Positions 15,963 to 24,746 of a stretch of 28,794 nucleotides of DNA are shown piece by piece. The notes beneath the pieces were generated by a model, which did no database searches, had not been told where the DNA came from, and saw nothing but the letters and a program-made list of their open reading frames with translations. Position 1 is the first letter of the stretch; every line of letters starts with the position of its first letter. The stretch lies in IMG/VR virus record IMGVR_UViG_3300025806_000010. One strand, written 5' to 3'. The DNA comes from a virus. The position numbers and the translations under genes are program-made.

Positions 15963-16706
15963 TTAGTATCTTAGATTAACTTTTAACCTTCTTCGGTAGT
16001 TGTAAATTTCTTCAATCAAAGAAAGATACTGGTCAGTATTCGCACAATCTACTAATGCAGTCGGTTGGTTTTTTAACTTCTGCAAAAACTCGGTAAACTC
16101 AAAGTTGTCATTTTTAAAGAGTTTTAGCATCGCAAAAACAAAACCGTTGCGCTTATTGCCTTCGTAATACTGCCCTATAATTTCAATCTTTTCTGCAAGA
16201 CCACAAGCCTTTTTAAAATCCTTAAGGACAAATTCCCCTTTGTGAAATTCTTTTATTTGATTTGCGCCTGGACCGCATGATGTTCCTCCAAGTATAGCCA
16301 TACATAATTTATGCCCCATTTGATAGCGATTCTTAAATACGTTATAGTTTACATAATGGGGATAGTTTAGGTTGCAGTATGCTTCTAAATAATCGTCAGA
16401 TTTCCAAGTCTTAGAATTTTGATTTAAAACGTGGACTTCATTCAACCCGTACCCTTCGCAAATAATATAATGCATCGGTAGATTTAGTTCTTTGATTACT
16501 TCGAACCTATGTTGGCCGTCTATAATCTCATAGTTCTCGTTTACGATGATGATGGTAAAAAGATAATTTTCATTCATCGAATCTCTCAGCCTATTTATGT
16601 GCATAAGGTTTTTGTTTCGGTTTCCTTCTATGGATCTAAATAGAAAGTAGTCCGTTGTTGTGTGAACTTGGTGTTTTACCATTGGTTCTTTTGTATTATT
16701 AAACAT
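15963..16706 (-). CDS. ParB N-terminal domain (ParB/Srx fold, DGQHR-type) protein
   Basis: Has EGNRNKN...IIDGQHRFEVIKEL, the signature of ParB-like nuclease or DGQHR domains. Confidence 0.6.
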   Translation of the reverse strand: MFNNTKEPMVKHQVHTTTDYFLFRSIEGNRNKNLMHINRLRDSMNENYLFTIIIVNENYEIIDGQHRFEVIKELNLPMHYIICEGYGLNEVHVLNQNSKTWKSDDYLEAYCNLNYPHYVNYNVFKNRYQMGHKLCMAILGGTSCGPGANQIKEFHKGEFVLKDFKKACGLAEKIEIIGQYYEGNKRNGFVFAMLKLFKNDNFEFTEFLQKLKNQPTALVDCANTDQYLSLIEEIYNYRRRLKVNLRY

Positions 16707-16750
16707 TTGATTGTGGGTTTTATAACTCCTCCCAGAAGTTTTTGATTTAT

Positions 16751-17182
16751 TTATCGGTATAAAAATTTAAACTGGACTTCATGTGTTTTAGATTTAGGCA
16801 ACCAAGTTCCACGATAGCGTGTGAAATATGTTAGGTTTTGTTCCTTAGTTAGTCTATCGGTGTAAAATTCTTCTTTATCTATTCCACCACACGCAATAAG
16901 AAGCATACAATGGTAGCGGCAAAATTCACCAGTACTTCTTTCATTCCAGTATGTTATTTCTTCTATAACCATTTTATCTTCTCGGTTCTTTTTAAAGTGT
17001 ATAAATGAGGGGCTATCACCCCACCCAACATACTTGCCATCGACCTTAGCCGTTACCATCTTGTTATACGTCCTTGCGAGGTCTTCTGCGGTACTATCTT
17101 TGAAAGTTAATGCTGTACTACTTCTATCAAAAGATAAGCCCGTATAAACGACCTCACGCCCGTTACCGTCTATTGTCTTCAT
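16751..17182 (-). CDS. Hypothetical protein (143 aa)
   Basis: Long ORF coupled to the upstream small ORF by an ATGA overlap. No family recognised. Confidence 0.5.
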   Translation of the reverse strand: MKTIDGNGREVVYTGLSFDRSSTALTFKDSTAEDLARTYNKMVTAKVDGKYVGWGDSPSFIHFKKNREDKMVIEEITYWNERSTGEFCRYHCMLLIACGGIDKEEFYTDRLTKEQNLTYFTRYRGTWLPKSKTHEVQFKFLYR

Positions 17183-17337
17183 TTGGTTCTTGCTTTAATT
17201 ACTGAATCTTTAAACTTCGTCCATGCCTTCATAAATTCTGCTTCGAAGATTTCTTCGGGTGTCATAACTTCGGAAGCGATAAACTTCCTCCACTCGTTAT
17301 AGTCTTTGATTGGTTCGGTAGGTAGTGTTGTTTTCAT
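17179..17337 (-). CDS. Small hypothetical protein (52 aa)
   Basis: Hand-translated: MKTTLPTEPIKDYNEWRKFIASEVMTPEEIFEAEFMKAWTKFKDSVIKARTK. ATGA overlaps at both ends. Confidence 0.4.
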   Translation of the reverse strand: MKTTLPTEPIKDYNEWRKFIASEVMTPEEIFEAEFMKAWTKFKDSVIKARTK

Positions 17338-17471
17338 TTGTTGTAAGGATTATCGGCTTTGGTATCACGTGCGATGTAAAACGCATCTAACTTTGTTTCT
17401 GCTTCTCTTAAACGGTCTTGATAATACTTTACGTCTATTATCGCTTTCTCTATTAAGTTGTCTAAATTCAT
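17334..17471 (-). CDS. Small hypothetical protein (45 aa), first gene of the minus-strand block
   Basis: Hand-translated: MNLDNLIEKAIIDVKYYQDRLREAETKLDAFYIARDTKADNPYNK. ATGA overlap with the next ORF. Confidence 0.4.
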   Translation of the reverse strand: MNLDNLIEKAIIDVKYYQDRLREAETKLDAFYIARDTKADNPYNK

Positions 17472-17609
17472 TTTGTTTTGGTTTTTAATTATAGCGCAAT
17501 ATACAAACTTCTTTTTATAACCACCAAATAAAAAGCAACTTTTTTTTATTTTTTTTTATAGTTTATTTGTATTACCTTCGCGGCACTATTAATTCCAAAA
17601 CATTATATT
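17472..17609. promoter_or_regulatory. AT-rich divergent intergenic control region
   Basis: This 138-bp gap separates the divergent gene blocks. It contains T8 (17540..17547) and T9 (17549..17557) runs. I found no exact TAnnTTTG match, so the promoters are inferred from position only. Confidence 0.4.
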
Positions 17610-18074
17610 ATGGAAAACCAAACAAAAAAAGTCGCTTCTATACAAGGCGCAGGAACGTATGAAGGGCAACACGGTATCCTTTATTCTTTCGATTATAGTT
17701 TCGATGATGAAACTACTATACGTGCAAACCACAAAACAACCGCACCACCCTTTAGTGTAGGTGATGAAGTGGACGTTATTATAAGGGGGTCGCGTGATGG
17801 GTTTAGTTGGGGGCAAGTTAAACGCCCTGAAAACCTGGCCTATTCTTCTAAGCCTACAAGCGTAGATAAGTTTCAAGACCGTCAAGACATTATCTTAAAC
17901 GAGTGGTCTATAGGTAGGGCGTTAGAATGGGAGATGAATAAGTCACACCCACACGAAGCGAGTATTAAAGAAGCTATTGCTTTAGCGAAGCAGTTAAAGA
18001 AATATGCTTTAGATTTAGACAATATTTCTTTTGAAAAAACTTTAGAAGAAAGTAACACTAATTCAACATTCTAA
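17610..18074 (+). CDS. Hypothetical protein (154 aa), first gene of the rightward early block
   Basis: Long ORF with ordinary composition. No family recognised. Confidence 0.55.
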   Translation: MENQTKKVASIQGAGTYEGQHGILYSFDYSFDDETTIRANHKTTAPPFSVGDEVDVIIRGSRDGFSWGQVKRPENLAYSSKPTSVDKFQDRQDIILNEWSIGRALEWEMNKSHPHEASIKEAIALAKQLKKYALDLDNISFEKTLEESNTNSTF

Positions 18075-18283
18075 TGAGGCAGTTTATTAAAAAGCATTAT
18101 GGTTCACAATTAAGGATGTCTGAGAAGTTAGGCATATCAAATCAGACCATAACAAATTGGATGAAAACAAACCCACGTGGGATGCTTAAATACCTTCCCG
18201 AAATAGTGTCTTCCGCAGACACAACCGAACGCGAAGTGGTTTGGGAAGTTATGTTTCACGAAAAAGAAATTTGTCGTGATTGA
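18074..18283 (+). CDS. Small helix-turn-helix DNA-binding protein
   Basis: RMSEKLGISNQTITNWMK is a typical HTH segment. 69 aa. Confidence 0.5.
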   Translation: MRQFIKKHYGSQLRMSEKLGISNQTITNWMKTNPRGMLKYLPEIVSSADTTEREVVWEVMFHEKEICRD

Positions 18284-18965
18284 GTACTTTTGTTTCTCTA
18301 AAGACGATGCAGAACAATACGGAGTGGATGGGGCAGTAATGCTTCACCACATCCGCTATTGGGTAGCTAAGAACGAAGCCAACGAAAACAACTACCACGA
18401 AGACAAGTACTGGACTTATAATAGCACAAAAGCCTTTGCCCAGTTGTTTCCGTTTTACTCAGCGAGAAAAATTGGTAGAATTCTTACCAAATTAGAAGAC
18501 GATGGTGCTATAATATCGGGTAATTTTAACGGTAAAAGATATGACCGTACTAAGTGGTTTACTTTGGTAAATGCAATTACCGAATCGGGTAACATCCATT
18601 TGACAAAAACGGTAAATGGAGTTACCGAAATTGTCGAACCTATACCAAAACACAACCAAAGTACTACTCAGAATACACCCATAAAGGTAATTTTGCCATT
18701 TGAAGGATCTAAATTTTCAGAAGCGTGGCAGATGTGGAAGCAATACAAGAAGGTAGAAAAAGGTTTTATGTACAAATCTTCAATATCTGAACAAGCAGCT
18801 TTATTAAATTTACAAAAAATATCTAACCAAAATGAACAAGAAGCCATTACAATCATCCACAATGCCATCGCACAAGGGTGGTCAGGACTTTACGCAGATA
18901 AAAAAGCTAAAGCAAAAAAGGGATTTGATAACGACAAGTATCTCGCGCATCTCGACACGCTTTGA
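18276..18965 (+). CDS. Replication initiator or replisome-organiser-like protein (winged helix)
   Basis: GAVMLHHIRYWV...WTYNSTKAFAQLFPFYSARKIGRILTKLEDDGAI...DRTKWF resembles phage replication O or DnaD-type N-terminal domains. A GTG start is inferred. Confidence 0.4.
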   Translation: MIEYFCFSKDDAEQYGVDGAVMLHHIRYWVAKNEANENNYHEDKYWTYNSTKAFAQLFPFYSARKIGRILTKLEDDGAIISGNFNGKRYDRTKWFTLVNAITESGNIHLTKTVNGVTEIVEPIPKHNQSTTQNTPIKVILPFEGSKFSEAWQMWKQYKKVEKGFMYKSSISEQAALLNLQKISNQNEQEAITIIHNAIAQGWSGLYADKKAKAKKGFDNDKYLAHLDTL

Positions 18966-18966
18966 A

Positions 18967-19449
18967 ATGACACCTGCTCAAGCGTGGGAATATGGAAGCA
19001 ACGTAAGGGAGGCGTTCAAGTACGAACCTAAGATGGTTCACGTTTCTCTTATGGCTATATTAAAGGATGCGGTAGAATACTTAGATTTTAACAAGTCGTT
19101 CCGTCACGAAGGCGATTACATCGAAGCTATCGACTATCTGATAAAAGAGTTTCCAGTTATGAAGATAGAAGAATGGAGAATTATCTGCATAAATCTAAAG
19201 GCAGGTAAATACGGCAAGATGTACGAACGCTTAAAGCTACCCGAACTAATAGAGATATTTCAACAATATGAAGGTGAACGTGCTGAAATGCGTGAGAAAC
19301 AAATGCGAAGGGATAAGGACGTACCACCATTACCAAATATAGATCCCGAACTTTTAAAGAAGTTATCTAAAGACTTGGCTTTACCTGAACCCGACACCGA
19401 TGCAAAAGGACGTTGGGAGTTTATACCACACCCAAACACACCCGAATGA
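18967..19449 (+). CDS. Hypothetical protein (160 aa)
   Basis: I trimmed the track ORF 18832..19449 to the in-frame ATG at 18967, which lies just after the upstream stop. Confidence 0.5.
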   Translation: MTPAQAWEYGSNVREAFKYEPKMVHVSLMAILKDAVEYLDFNKSFRHEGDYIEAIDYLIKEFPVMKIEEWRIICINLKAGKYGKMYERLKLPELIEIFQQYEGERAEMREKQMRRDKDVPPLPNIDPELLKKLSKDLALPEPDTDAKGRWEFIPHPNTPE

Positions 19450-20093
19450 TAACTTTAACGAATGAGGACAACATGAAGTTAATGGGTCGCTACCCTGACA
19501 ACTACTTTGATTTAGCGATTGTTGACCCTCCTTATGGAATGATTAAAAACACTTATGGAAGTGAAAGCAAGGCTAAGGCTAAATTTAGATGTGATAAACA
19601 CAACCATAGAGAATGGGATGTTGCACCAAATAAAGAATATTTTACAGAGTTAAAAAGGGTAAGCATTAATCAAATTATATGGGGAGCAAATCACTTTATT
19701 GAAAACATAGCAAATGCAAATAGTTCTTGCTGGGTTGTTTGGGATAAAGACAATACGGGAGATTTTGCTGATAGTGAATTAGCTTATGCAAGTTTTAAGA
19801 CTGCTGTAAGAAATTTCAAGTGGAGATGGAACGGAATGCTGCAAGGAGATATGAAAAACAAAGAAATACGCATACACCCAACACAAAAACCAGTTAAGCT
19901 TTATGAATGGCTATTAATGAACTACGCCAAAGAAGGAGACAAGATACTTGACACACACTTAGGGAGTGGTTCAATAGCTTTAGCGTGTCATAATTTAGGC
20001 TTTGAATTAACGGGGTGTGAATTAGATAAAGAGTACTACGAAGCAGCTTGTAAGAGATTAAAAAGACACCAAGCACAACTGACAATGTTTTAG
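19446..20093 (+). CDS. DNA methyltransferase, N6-adenine/N4-cytosine class (beta-type, DPPY)
   Basis: Has IVDPPYG near the N-terminus and HPTQKPVKLYEWLL...ILDTHLGSGS near the C-terminus. The start was trimmed to ATG 19446 (ATGA overlap). Confidence 0.8.
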   Translation: MITLTNEDNMKLMGRYPDNYFDLAIVDPPYGMIKNTYGSESKAKAKFRCDKHNHREWDVAPNKEYFTELKRVSINQIIWGANHFIENIANANSSCWVVWDKDNTGDFADSELAYASFKTAVRNFKWRWNGMLQGDMKNKEIRIHPTQKPVKLYEWLLMNYAKEGDKILDTHLGSGSIALACHNLGFELTGCELDKEYYEAACKRLKRHQAQLTMF

Positions 20094-20262
20094 TGATTTG
20101 GTAAATTAATTTTATTGTCGTAAATAGCGGAATGGCTGCACCGTTTTTTGTTTCCGTTATAGTAATTTCTTTTTTTGACATAGGGGTAGAGTATTTTGTA
20201 AACTCACAAATACGAGTGTACCCGATTATGTCTATCGTCTTTTCTCTTTTAGGTATGTTTCT

Positions 20263-20649
20263 ATGAAGCGAAGCACCTTAGTAAAGAAGCTCGATAAGAT
20301 ATTTAGTATATGGATCAGGTCTAAAGATGCAGACCATGCAGGGATGGTCGATTGTTTTACATGCGGAGTAACTAAGAATTGGAAGTACGAAATAGACGCA
20401 GGGCATTTTCAATCGCGTGGTAAGTACGAAACCCGATGGAATGAACAAAATGTAAAGCCCCAATGTAAACGGTGTAATGGGTTTAGAGGGGGTGAACAGT
20501 ATAGGTTTGCAAAAAACTTAAACGCCTTATATGGTGAAGGAACTGCTGAATGGTTAGAGTTTGAAAGCAATCAATCCGCACGATTTACGAACGATGAGTT
20601 GTTAGTAAAAATAAAACACTATACTGAGTTAGTGAAATCTTTGAAATAG
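20263..20649 (+). CDS. ninG: NinG-like recombination or endonuclease protein
   Basis: KLDKIFSIWIRSKD...CFTCG...DAGHF.SRG...NV.PQCKRCN matches the NinG-like Cys/His pattern. Confidence 0.55.
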   Translation: MKRSTLVKKLDKIFSIWIRSKDADHAGMVDCFTCGVTKNWKYEIDAGHFQSRGKYETRWNEQNVKPQCKRCNGFRGGEQYRFAKNLNALYGEGTAEWLEFESNQSARFTNDELLVKIKHYTELVKSLK

Positions 20650-20674
20650 ATTCCGCAAATACGTTCTTACCTAT

Positions 20675-21217
20675 ATGATTCAAAGGTACATACGCGATAA
20701 CTACGAATCTATCCTTGAGATAGCTAAAGTAATCACGAAAGGAAGGAAGCCCGACTACGAAGATTTAGCACACGAGATTATGGTTATCTTATTAACGGGC
20801 AACCGTGAGAAGATGAACAGCTTAGTAAAAAATAAGAAGATAAAATTTTACATAGTTCGTGCAACTATAAACCAGTACCGCAGTTCTTCAAGCCGATACT
20901 TTAAAAAATACCGAAAAGAATCTACCGCAATTCGCAAACAAACATCTTCACTAACGGAACACTTAACGCACCTAAAGAATTTAGATTTAACCTATAGTAA
21001 GAACCACAACGAAGAAGTGTTACAGTTTATAGACGAGAAGTTAAACGATGTGGAGTGGTTCGAAAAGAATTGCTTTGCAATTTACTACGGGGATGAATTA
21101 ACTTTGGATTCTATGAGTGAACTAACTGGGATAAGTCGCAACACTTTATACCGTGCGATCCGTGACACAAGAAACTACATACAAGATGAAATCGAAAGCT
21201 CAAGGTTTAGGCGATAA
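20675..21217 (+). CDS. Sigma-70/ECF-like transcription factor candidate
   Basis: Has a region-2-like DLAHEIMVILL...FYIVRATINQYRS and a C-terminal HTH LTLDSMSELTGISRNTLYRAIR. Confidence 0.45.
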   Translation: MIQRYIRDNYESILEIAKVITKGRKPDYEDLAHEIMVILLTGNREKMNSLVKNKKIKFYIVRATINQYRSSSSRYFKKYRKESTAIRKQTSSLTEHLTHLKNLDLTYSKNHNEEVLQFIDEKLNDVEWFEKNCFAIYYGDELTLDSMSELTGISRNTLYRAIRDTRNYIQDEIESSRFRR

Positions 21218-21551
21218 AGTTGCAGCCGTAACAAAGGCAACGGGGATCGAGAAGATAGTAAAGACTTTCTTCGGGGAAGATTGCGGATGCGATGAAAGGC
21301 GCGAACGCTTAAATAAGATGTTTAGCCGACCCGTAAAAATGATGGACGAAGAACAACGGAAATTCTTTGAAGACGAAATAATGACACGCTACAAAAGCGG
21401 TCAAAACTTAACCAAGCATATCGGGGATGAGTTCTACAAACTCTATGAAGAATTATTGAACAAGAAGAAAAAAAGAACTACATGCACATCTTGTAATAAA
21501 AATATGTACATTGAACTTTTAAAAATCTATGAATCAAGTTGCGATGAATAA
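21186..21551 (+). CDS. Hypothetical protein (121 aa)
   Basis: Track ORF trimmed to the ATG at 21186. Has N-terminal GLGDKVAAVTKATGIEKIVKTFFGEDCGCDERRERLN and a C-terminal CTSCN motif. Confidence 0.5.
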   Translation: MKSKAQGLGDKVAAVTKATGIEKIVKTFFGEDCGCDERRERLNKMFSRPVKMMDEEQRKFFEDEIMTRYKSGQNLTKHIGDEFYKLYEELLNKKKKRTTCTSCNKNMYIELLKIYESSCDE

Positions 21552-21879
21552 TGTATATGAATGGATGTTGGAAAGGGAAACCCCTGCCATCAAAATCAAA
21601 TCCCCAAAGGTTAAAGCCTTAATCTTTTGCCAAGAATCGGTTGAGAAAATCGGATGCACGTGGGAAGAAATAAAATCTAAAGACCGTAAAAGGAGGTTAT
21701 CCGATGCGCGAAAGTGTGTTACGAAATATTTAGTTGCTCACGGGTGGACTACGGAAGCAGCAGGGGAACAAATGAATAGACACTATTCTACGGTGGTGTA
21801 TCAGAAACAAAAGTGTAAAACGCTACTCGAATACGATGCAGACTTTCGTCATACGTGGCAAGAATTTACAAGGGTATGA
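21529..21879 (+). CDS. DnaA domain IV-like helix-turn-helix protein
   Basis: KDRKRRLSDARKCVTKYLVAHGWTTEAAGEQMNRHYSTVVYQ resembles the DnaA C-terminal DNA-binding domain. Confidence 0.45.
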   Translation: MNQVAMNNVYEWMLERETPAIKIKSPKVKALIFCQESVEKIGCTWEEIKSKDRKRRLSDARKCVTKYLVAHGWTTEAAGEQMNRHYSTVVYQKQKCKTLLEYDADFRHTWQEFTRV

Positions 21880-22106
21880 GTAATAGAAAAGATATGCGCG
21901 AAGCAAAGAAGCATTTAACCAATGCGCAAGACTACCTAATTTTCACGGTAGTAAAAGATAAGATATTTGTGGACTACCAAAACAATTCGTCTTTGAATAT
22001 CATAGGAGATTTAGCAGTAGCGAATAAAGACTTCGCCAACTACCTCGAAGAAGTTTTACGTGCCATTAAAAACCAAGAAGATGAAGACGCAAAAGGTTCA
22101 GATTGA
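21876..22106 (+). CDS. Hypothetical protein (76 aa)
   Basis: Track ORF trimmed to the ATG at 21876 (ATGA overlap with the upstream stop). Confidence 0.4.
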   Translation: MSNRKDMREAKKHLTNAQDYLIFTVVKDKIFVDYQNNSSLNIIGDLAVANKDFANYLEEVLRAIKNQEDEDAKGSD

Positions 22107-22614
22107 AACCATAAAGTTAGATCCAAGCAACCCACGTTCTATAACGAAGGAAGCCTTTGAAAGACTAAAGAAAAGCATAACGGACTTTCCCGAAATGCAA
22201 TCGGTTAAACCTTTGGTGGTAGCTGATGGATATGCCCTTGCAGGTAATATGCGGTTACTGGCTTATAAAGATTTGGGATACCGTGAGCTTCATGTTTTAG
22301 ATGTGTCAGAATGGTCACAAGCGAAGCGCGATGAGTTTATGATTAAAGATAACACGCACTACGGAACTTGGGATTACGATGCCTTAGCAAACGAATGGGA
22401 AACGTTACCTCTTACCGATTGGGGTTTGGATGTATGGGAACCCGAAATAGAAGAATTAAAAGAAGAAGCACCCCCCACTTTTTTAAGGGGAATTAATATC
22501 GACTTTATTATGGAAGATTATGATGTTGCTAAAGAGCTTTTAGAATCCTTAAAGAAATCAGATACTTACATAGGCGCAATAGTATTAGAGGCACTAAGAA
22601 AGCAGTTTAAATAA
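22081..22614 (+). CDS. ParB-like nuclease domain protein
   Basis: Has IETIKLDPSNPRS...VKPLVVADGYALAGNMRLLAYKDLG. The start was trimmed to the ATG at 22081. Confidence 0.6.
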   Translation: MKTQKVQIETIKLDPSNPRSITKEAFERLKKSITDFPEMQSVKPLVVADGYALAGNMRLLAYKDLGYRELHVLDVSEWSQAKRDEFMIKDNTHYGTWDYDALANEWETLPLTDWGLDVWEPEIEELKEEAPPTFLRGINIDFIMEDYDVAKELLESLKKSDTYIGAIVLEALRKQFK

Positions 22615-22633
22615 CTTTACAAAACTTGACAAA

Positions 22634-22978
22634 ATGAAAGTATCGGATGCAGAGTTTTGGAGTGAACTAAGAAAGAATAAAGCACTTTATTCAAGGACGG
22701 CAAGGGCGTTAGAATTAAAGTACAATATTACGTACACAAGACAAGCGGTAAAGCATAGGGCAGAAAAAGACTTAGACCAATTAAACGACATAGTAGAAGA
22801 AAACTTAGACGTAGCCGAAGAAGTACATCATAATCTAATGATGAGCCAGGACGAAAAGATTCAGATTAAGGCTTCGCAGTTCTATTTGAAGAATAAAGGA
22901 AAAGGGAGGGGCTATGTAGAGAAACAACAAATAGAGATAAACGAACCGAAGCCGTTTAAGTGGTTCGATGACGAGTGA
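22634..22978 (+). CDS. Terminase small subunit candidate
   Basis: 114 aa with an N-terminal HTH-like segment, lying immediately upstream of TerL and overlapping it. Confidence 0.45.
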   Translation: MKVSDAEFWSELRKNKALYSRTARALELKYNITYTRQAVKHRAEKDLDQLNDIVEENLDVAEEVHHNLMMSQDEKIQIKASQFYLKNKGKGRGYVEKQQIEINEPKPFKWFDDE

Positions 22979-24129
22979 AGCAACCTACGACATACTACCA
23001 AGCTAAAAAGTCTAAGGCTAAAATACAAGTCCATCAAGGGGGTTCGCGTAGCGGAAAGACCTTCTCACTTTGTCAGGTGATAATTCAGCTTTGTTTTAGG
23101 AATAGGGGTGCAGGTATTGTCATTACAATAGTACGTAAAACCTTCCCTGCTTTACGTTCATCGGTTATGCGTGACTTTATGCAGATACTTACCGAAGGGG
23201 GGAACTACTATGAAGAACACCACAATAAAAGCAATGCTACCTATAACCTATTTGGAAACCTTATCGAATTCATTTCTTGCGACCAGCCTTCCAAATTGAG
23301 AGGCCGTAAAAGAAATCTTTTGTACGTAAACGAGTGTAACGAAATCAGCCTGGAGGATTGGAGGCAATTACTACTTAGAACAACGGGAAGGATATTTATA
23401 GACTACAATCCATCGGACGAGCATCATTGGATCTATGACCATATCTTAGAACGCGAAGACGTAGACTTCTTTCAAACCACATACTTAGATAACCCTTTTT
23501 TAGAACAATCCGTTATAGACGAGATAGAACGCTTTAAAGAAACGGATGAGAACTTTTGGCGCATATACGGTCTTGGTGAACGAGGGGTAAACGTGTCAGC
23601 TATATTCCCACAATGGCAAGTCGCTGATGCTATCCCTGAACGTGCCAAGCTCGTAGCATACGGATGCGACTGGGGGTTTACCAACGATCCTACCGCTATC
23701 GTTTCGGTATGGCGTGAGGACTATTCTTTATACATTCAAGAACACCTTTACAAGACGGGATTAACGAACCGAGATATTAGTTTAGAGTTAGACAAATTAT
23801 ACTTAGAAAGAACGCCCATCATTTGCGATAGTGCCGAACCTAAAAGTATTGAAGAACTGCACCGCTTAGGGCATAACGTTAAACCGTCCAAGAAAGGACC
23901 TGATTCAATTCGGTTAGGTATTGACATAATGAAACGTCACAAGATATTTGTATTGAAGGATTCCTTAAACGCACAAAAGGAGTTCCGCAATTACCGATGG
24001 GAGGTAGACCGAAATGGGGTGCAGTTAAATAAACCAATAGACCACAACAACCATATTATCGATGCAGTCAGGTATGTATGTATCAACCGCATCGGAACTT
24101 CTTACTCAGGCAAATACTTTATCGCATAA
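22975..24129 (+). CDS. terL: Terminase large subunit (PBSX/XtmB-like, short form)
   Basis: Has Walker A GGSRSGKT, a Walker B-like LLYVNECNE, and a nuclease region GCDWGFTNDPTA...CDSAEP...DHNNHIIDAVRY. GTG start. Confidence 0.85.
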   Translation: MKQPTTYYQAKKSKAKIQVHQGGSRSGKTFSLCQVIIQLCFRNRGAGIVITIVRKTFPALRSSVMRDFMQILTEGGNYYEEHHNKSNATYNLFGNLIEFISCDQPSKLRGRKRNLLYVNECNEISLEDWRQLLLRTTGRIFIDYNPSDEHHWIYDHILEREDVDFFQTTYLDNPFLEQSVIDEIERFKETDENFWRIYGLGERGVNVSAIFPQWQVADAIPERAKLVAYGCDWGFTNDPTAIVSVWREDYSLYIQEHLYKTGLTNRDISLELDKLYLERTPIICDSAEPKSIEELHRLGHNVKPSKKGPDSIRLGIDIMKRHKIFVLKDSLNAQKEFRNYRWEVDRNGVQLNKPIDHNNHIIDAVRYVCINRIGTSYSGKYFIA

Positions 24130-24185
24130 CCAGTGTTTACTGACAACCCCGTAAAACCCGTAAATACCACCTTAAAAACCGCAAA

Positions 24186-24746
24186 ATGAAAATAACCGTA
24201 CCCGATTCACTTGCCGACATAACCGTTAAGCAATACAAACTTTTAGCCGAACTTAACTTGGATGAGAAATCTACCGAGTGGATAGTAGAGGCGATTTGTA
24301 TAATGTGCAACCTATCCAAAGAAGAAACCAACCAACTGACTATTCCTGAAATGGAAAAGATAAGCAGCATCATAAGCCGCATAAATGACGCAGACGGGCA
24401 AGACGAAAAGTTAGTATCGAAATTAGATTACAAAGGGAAGCGGTATGGCTTTCACCCGAACCTTTCTAAGCTCACGGTAGGAGAGTTTGCAGATTTAGAA
24501 ACGTATTGCTCACAAGGTTTATTTGAGAACTTAGGTTACATAATAAGCATCCTTTACCGACCTATTAAAACCGAAGCAGGGGATTTCTACACGATAGAAG
24601 ACTACAAAGGTGACGGCAACCCCACCTACTGGGATGATTTAAAGATGGATGTAGTAATGGGTGCAATCAATTTTTTTTTGTCTATAGGCGTGATATTAAC
24701 GAAAGATTTAGCCAACTCTTTAGTGGAGGAGGAGAAGGTAATTTGA
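24186..24746 (+). CDS. Tail assembly chaperone-like protein (gpG analogue), frame-0 product
   Basis: 186 aa, acidic. The TVGEFADLE...IISILYRPI...GAINFF pattern is reminiscent of chaperone families, and a T9 slippery run lies near the 3' end. Confidence 0.4.
   Translation: MKITVPDSLADITVKQYKLLAELNLDEKSTEWIVEAICIMCNLSKEETNQLTIPEMEKISSIISRINDADGQDEKLVSKLDYKGKRYGFHPNLSKLTVGEFADLETYCSQGLFENLGYIISILYRPIKTEAGDFYTIEDYKGDGNPTYWDDLKMDVVMGAINFFLSIGVILTKDLANSLVEEEKVI

Noticed and set aside
17306-17488. + strand 60-aa ORF in the early region
   Set aside because: Its product is Leu/Cys/Phe-rich nonsense. The minus strand carries two ATGA-chained small ORFs (17334..17471 and 17179..17337) that continue the leftward operon.
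17589-17885. 98-aa minus-strand ORF overlapping the start of 17610..18074
   Set aside because: Its composition is Cys/Phe/Ile-rich, and it would begin inside the rightward gene. The + strand ORF is longer and its composition resembles a real protein.
19894-20181. 95-aa minus-strand ORF across the 3' end of the DPPY methyltransferase
   Set aside because: It overlaps conserved MTase motifs on the opposite strand, and its product is low-complexity.
20094-20262. 169-bp gap checked for a tRNA, promoter or terminator
   Set aside because: I found no cloverleaf or T-loop (GTTCGAATC-like) signature. There are only a weak CGG/CCG stem before a T-run and a near-miss -7 box (TATTTTG), which is too weak to call.
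18832-22106. N-terminal extensions of track ORFs (18832, 19413, 21153, 21855, 22060) that imply long same-strand overlaps
   Set aside because: Each has an in-frame ATG placed at or right after the upstream stop (18967, 19446, 21186, 21876, 22081). The extensions come from non-ATG starts allowed by the ORF caller.
24148-24164. Tandem CCCGTAAA CCCGTAAA upstream of the chaperone-like gene
   Set aside because: There are only two 8-bp copies in a 56-bp gap. It may be part of a late promoter or a pac-proximal element, but nothing in the sequence alone supports a function.
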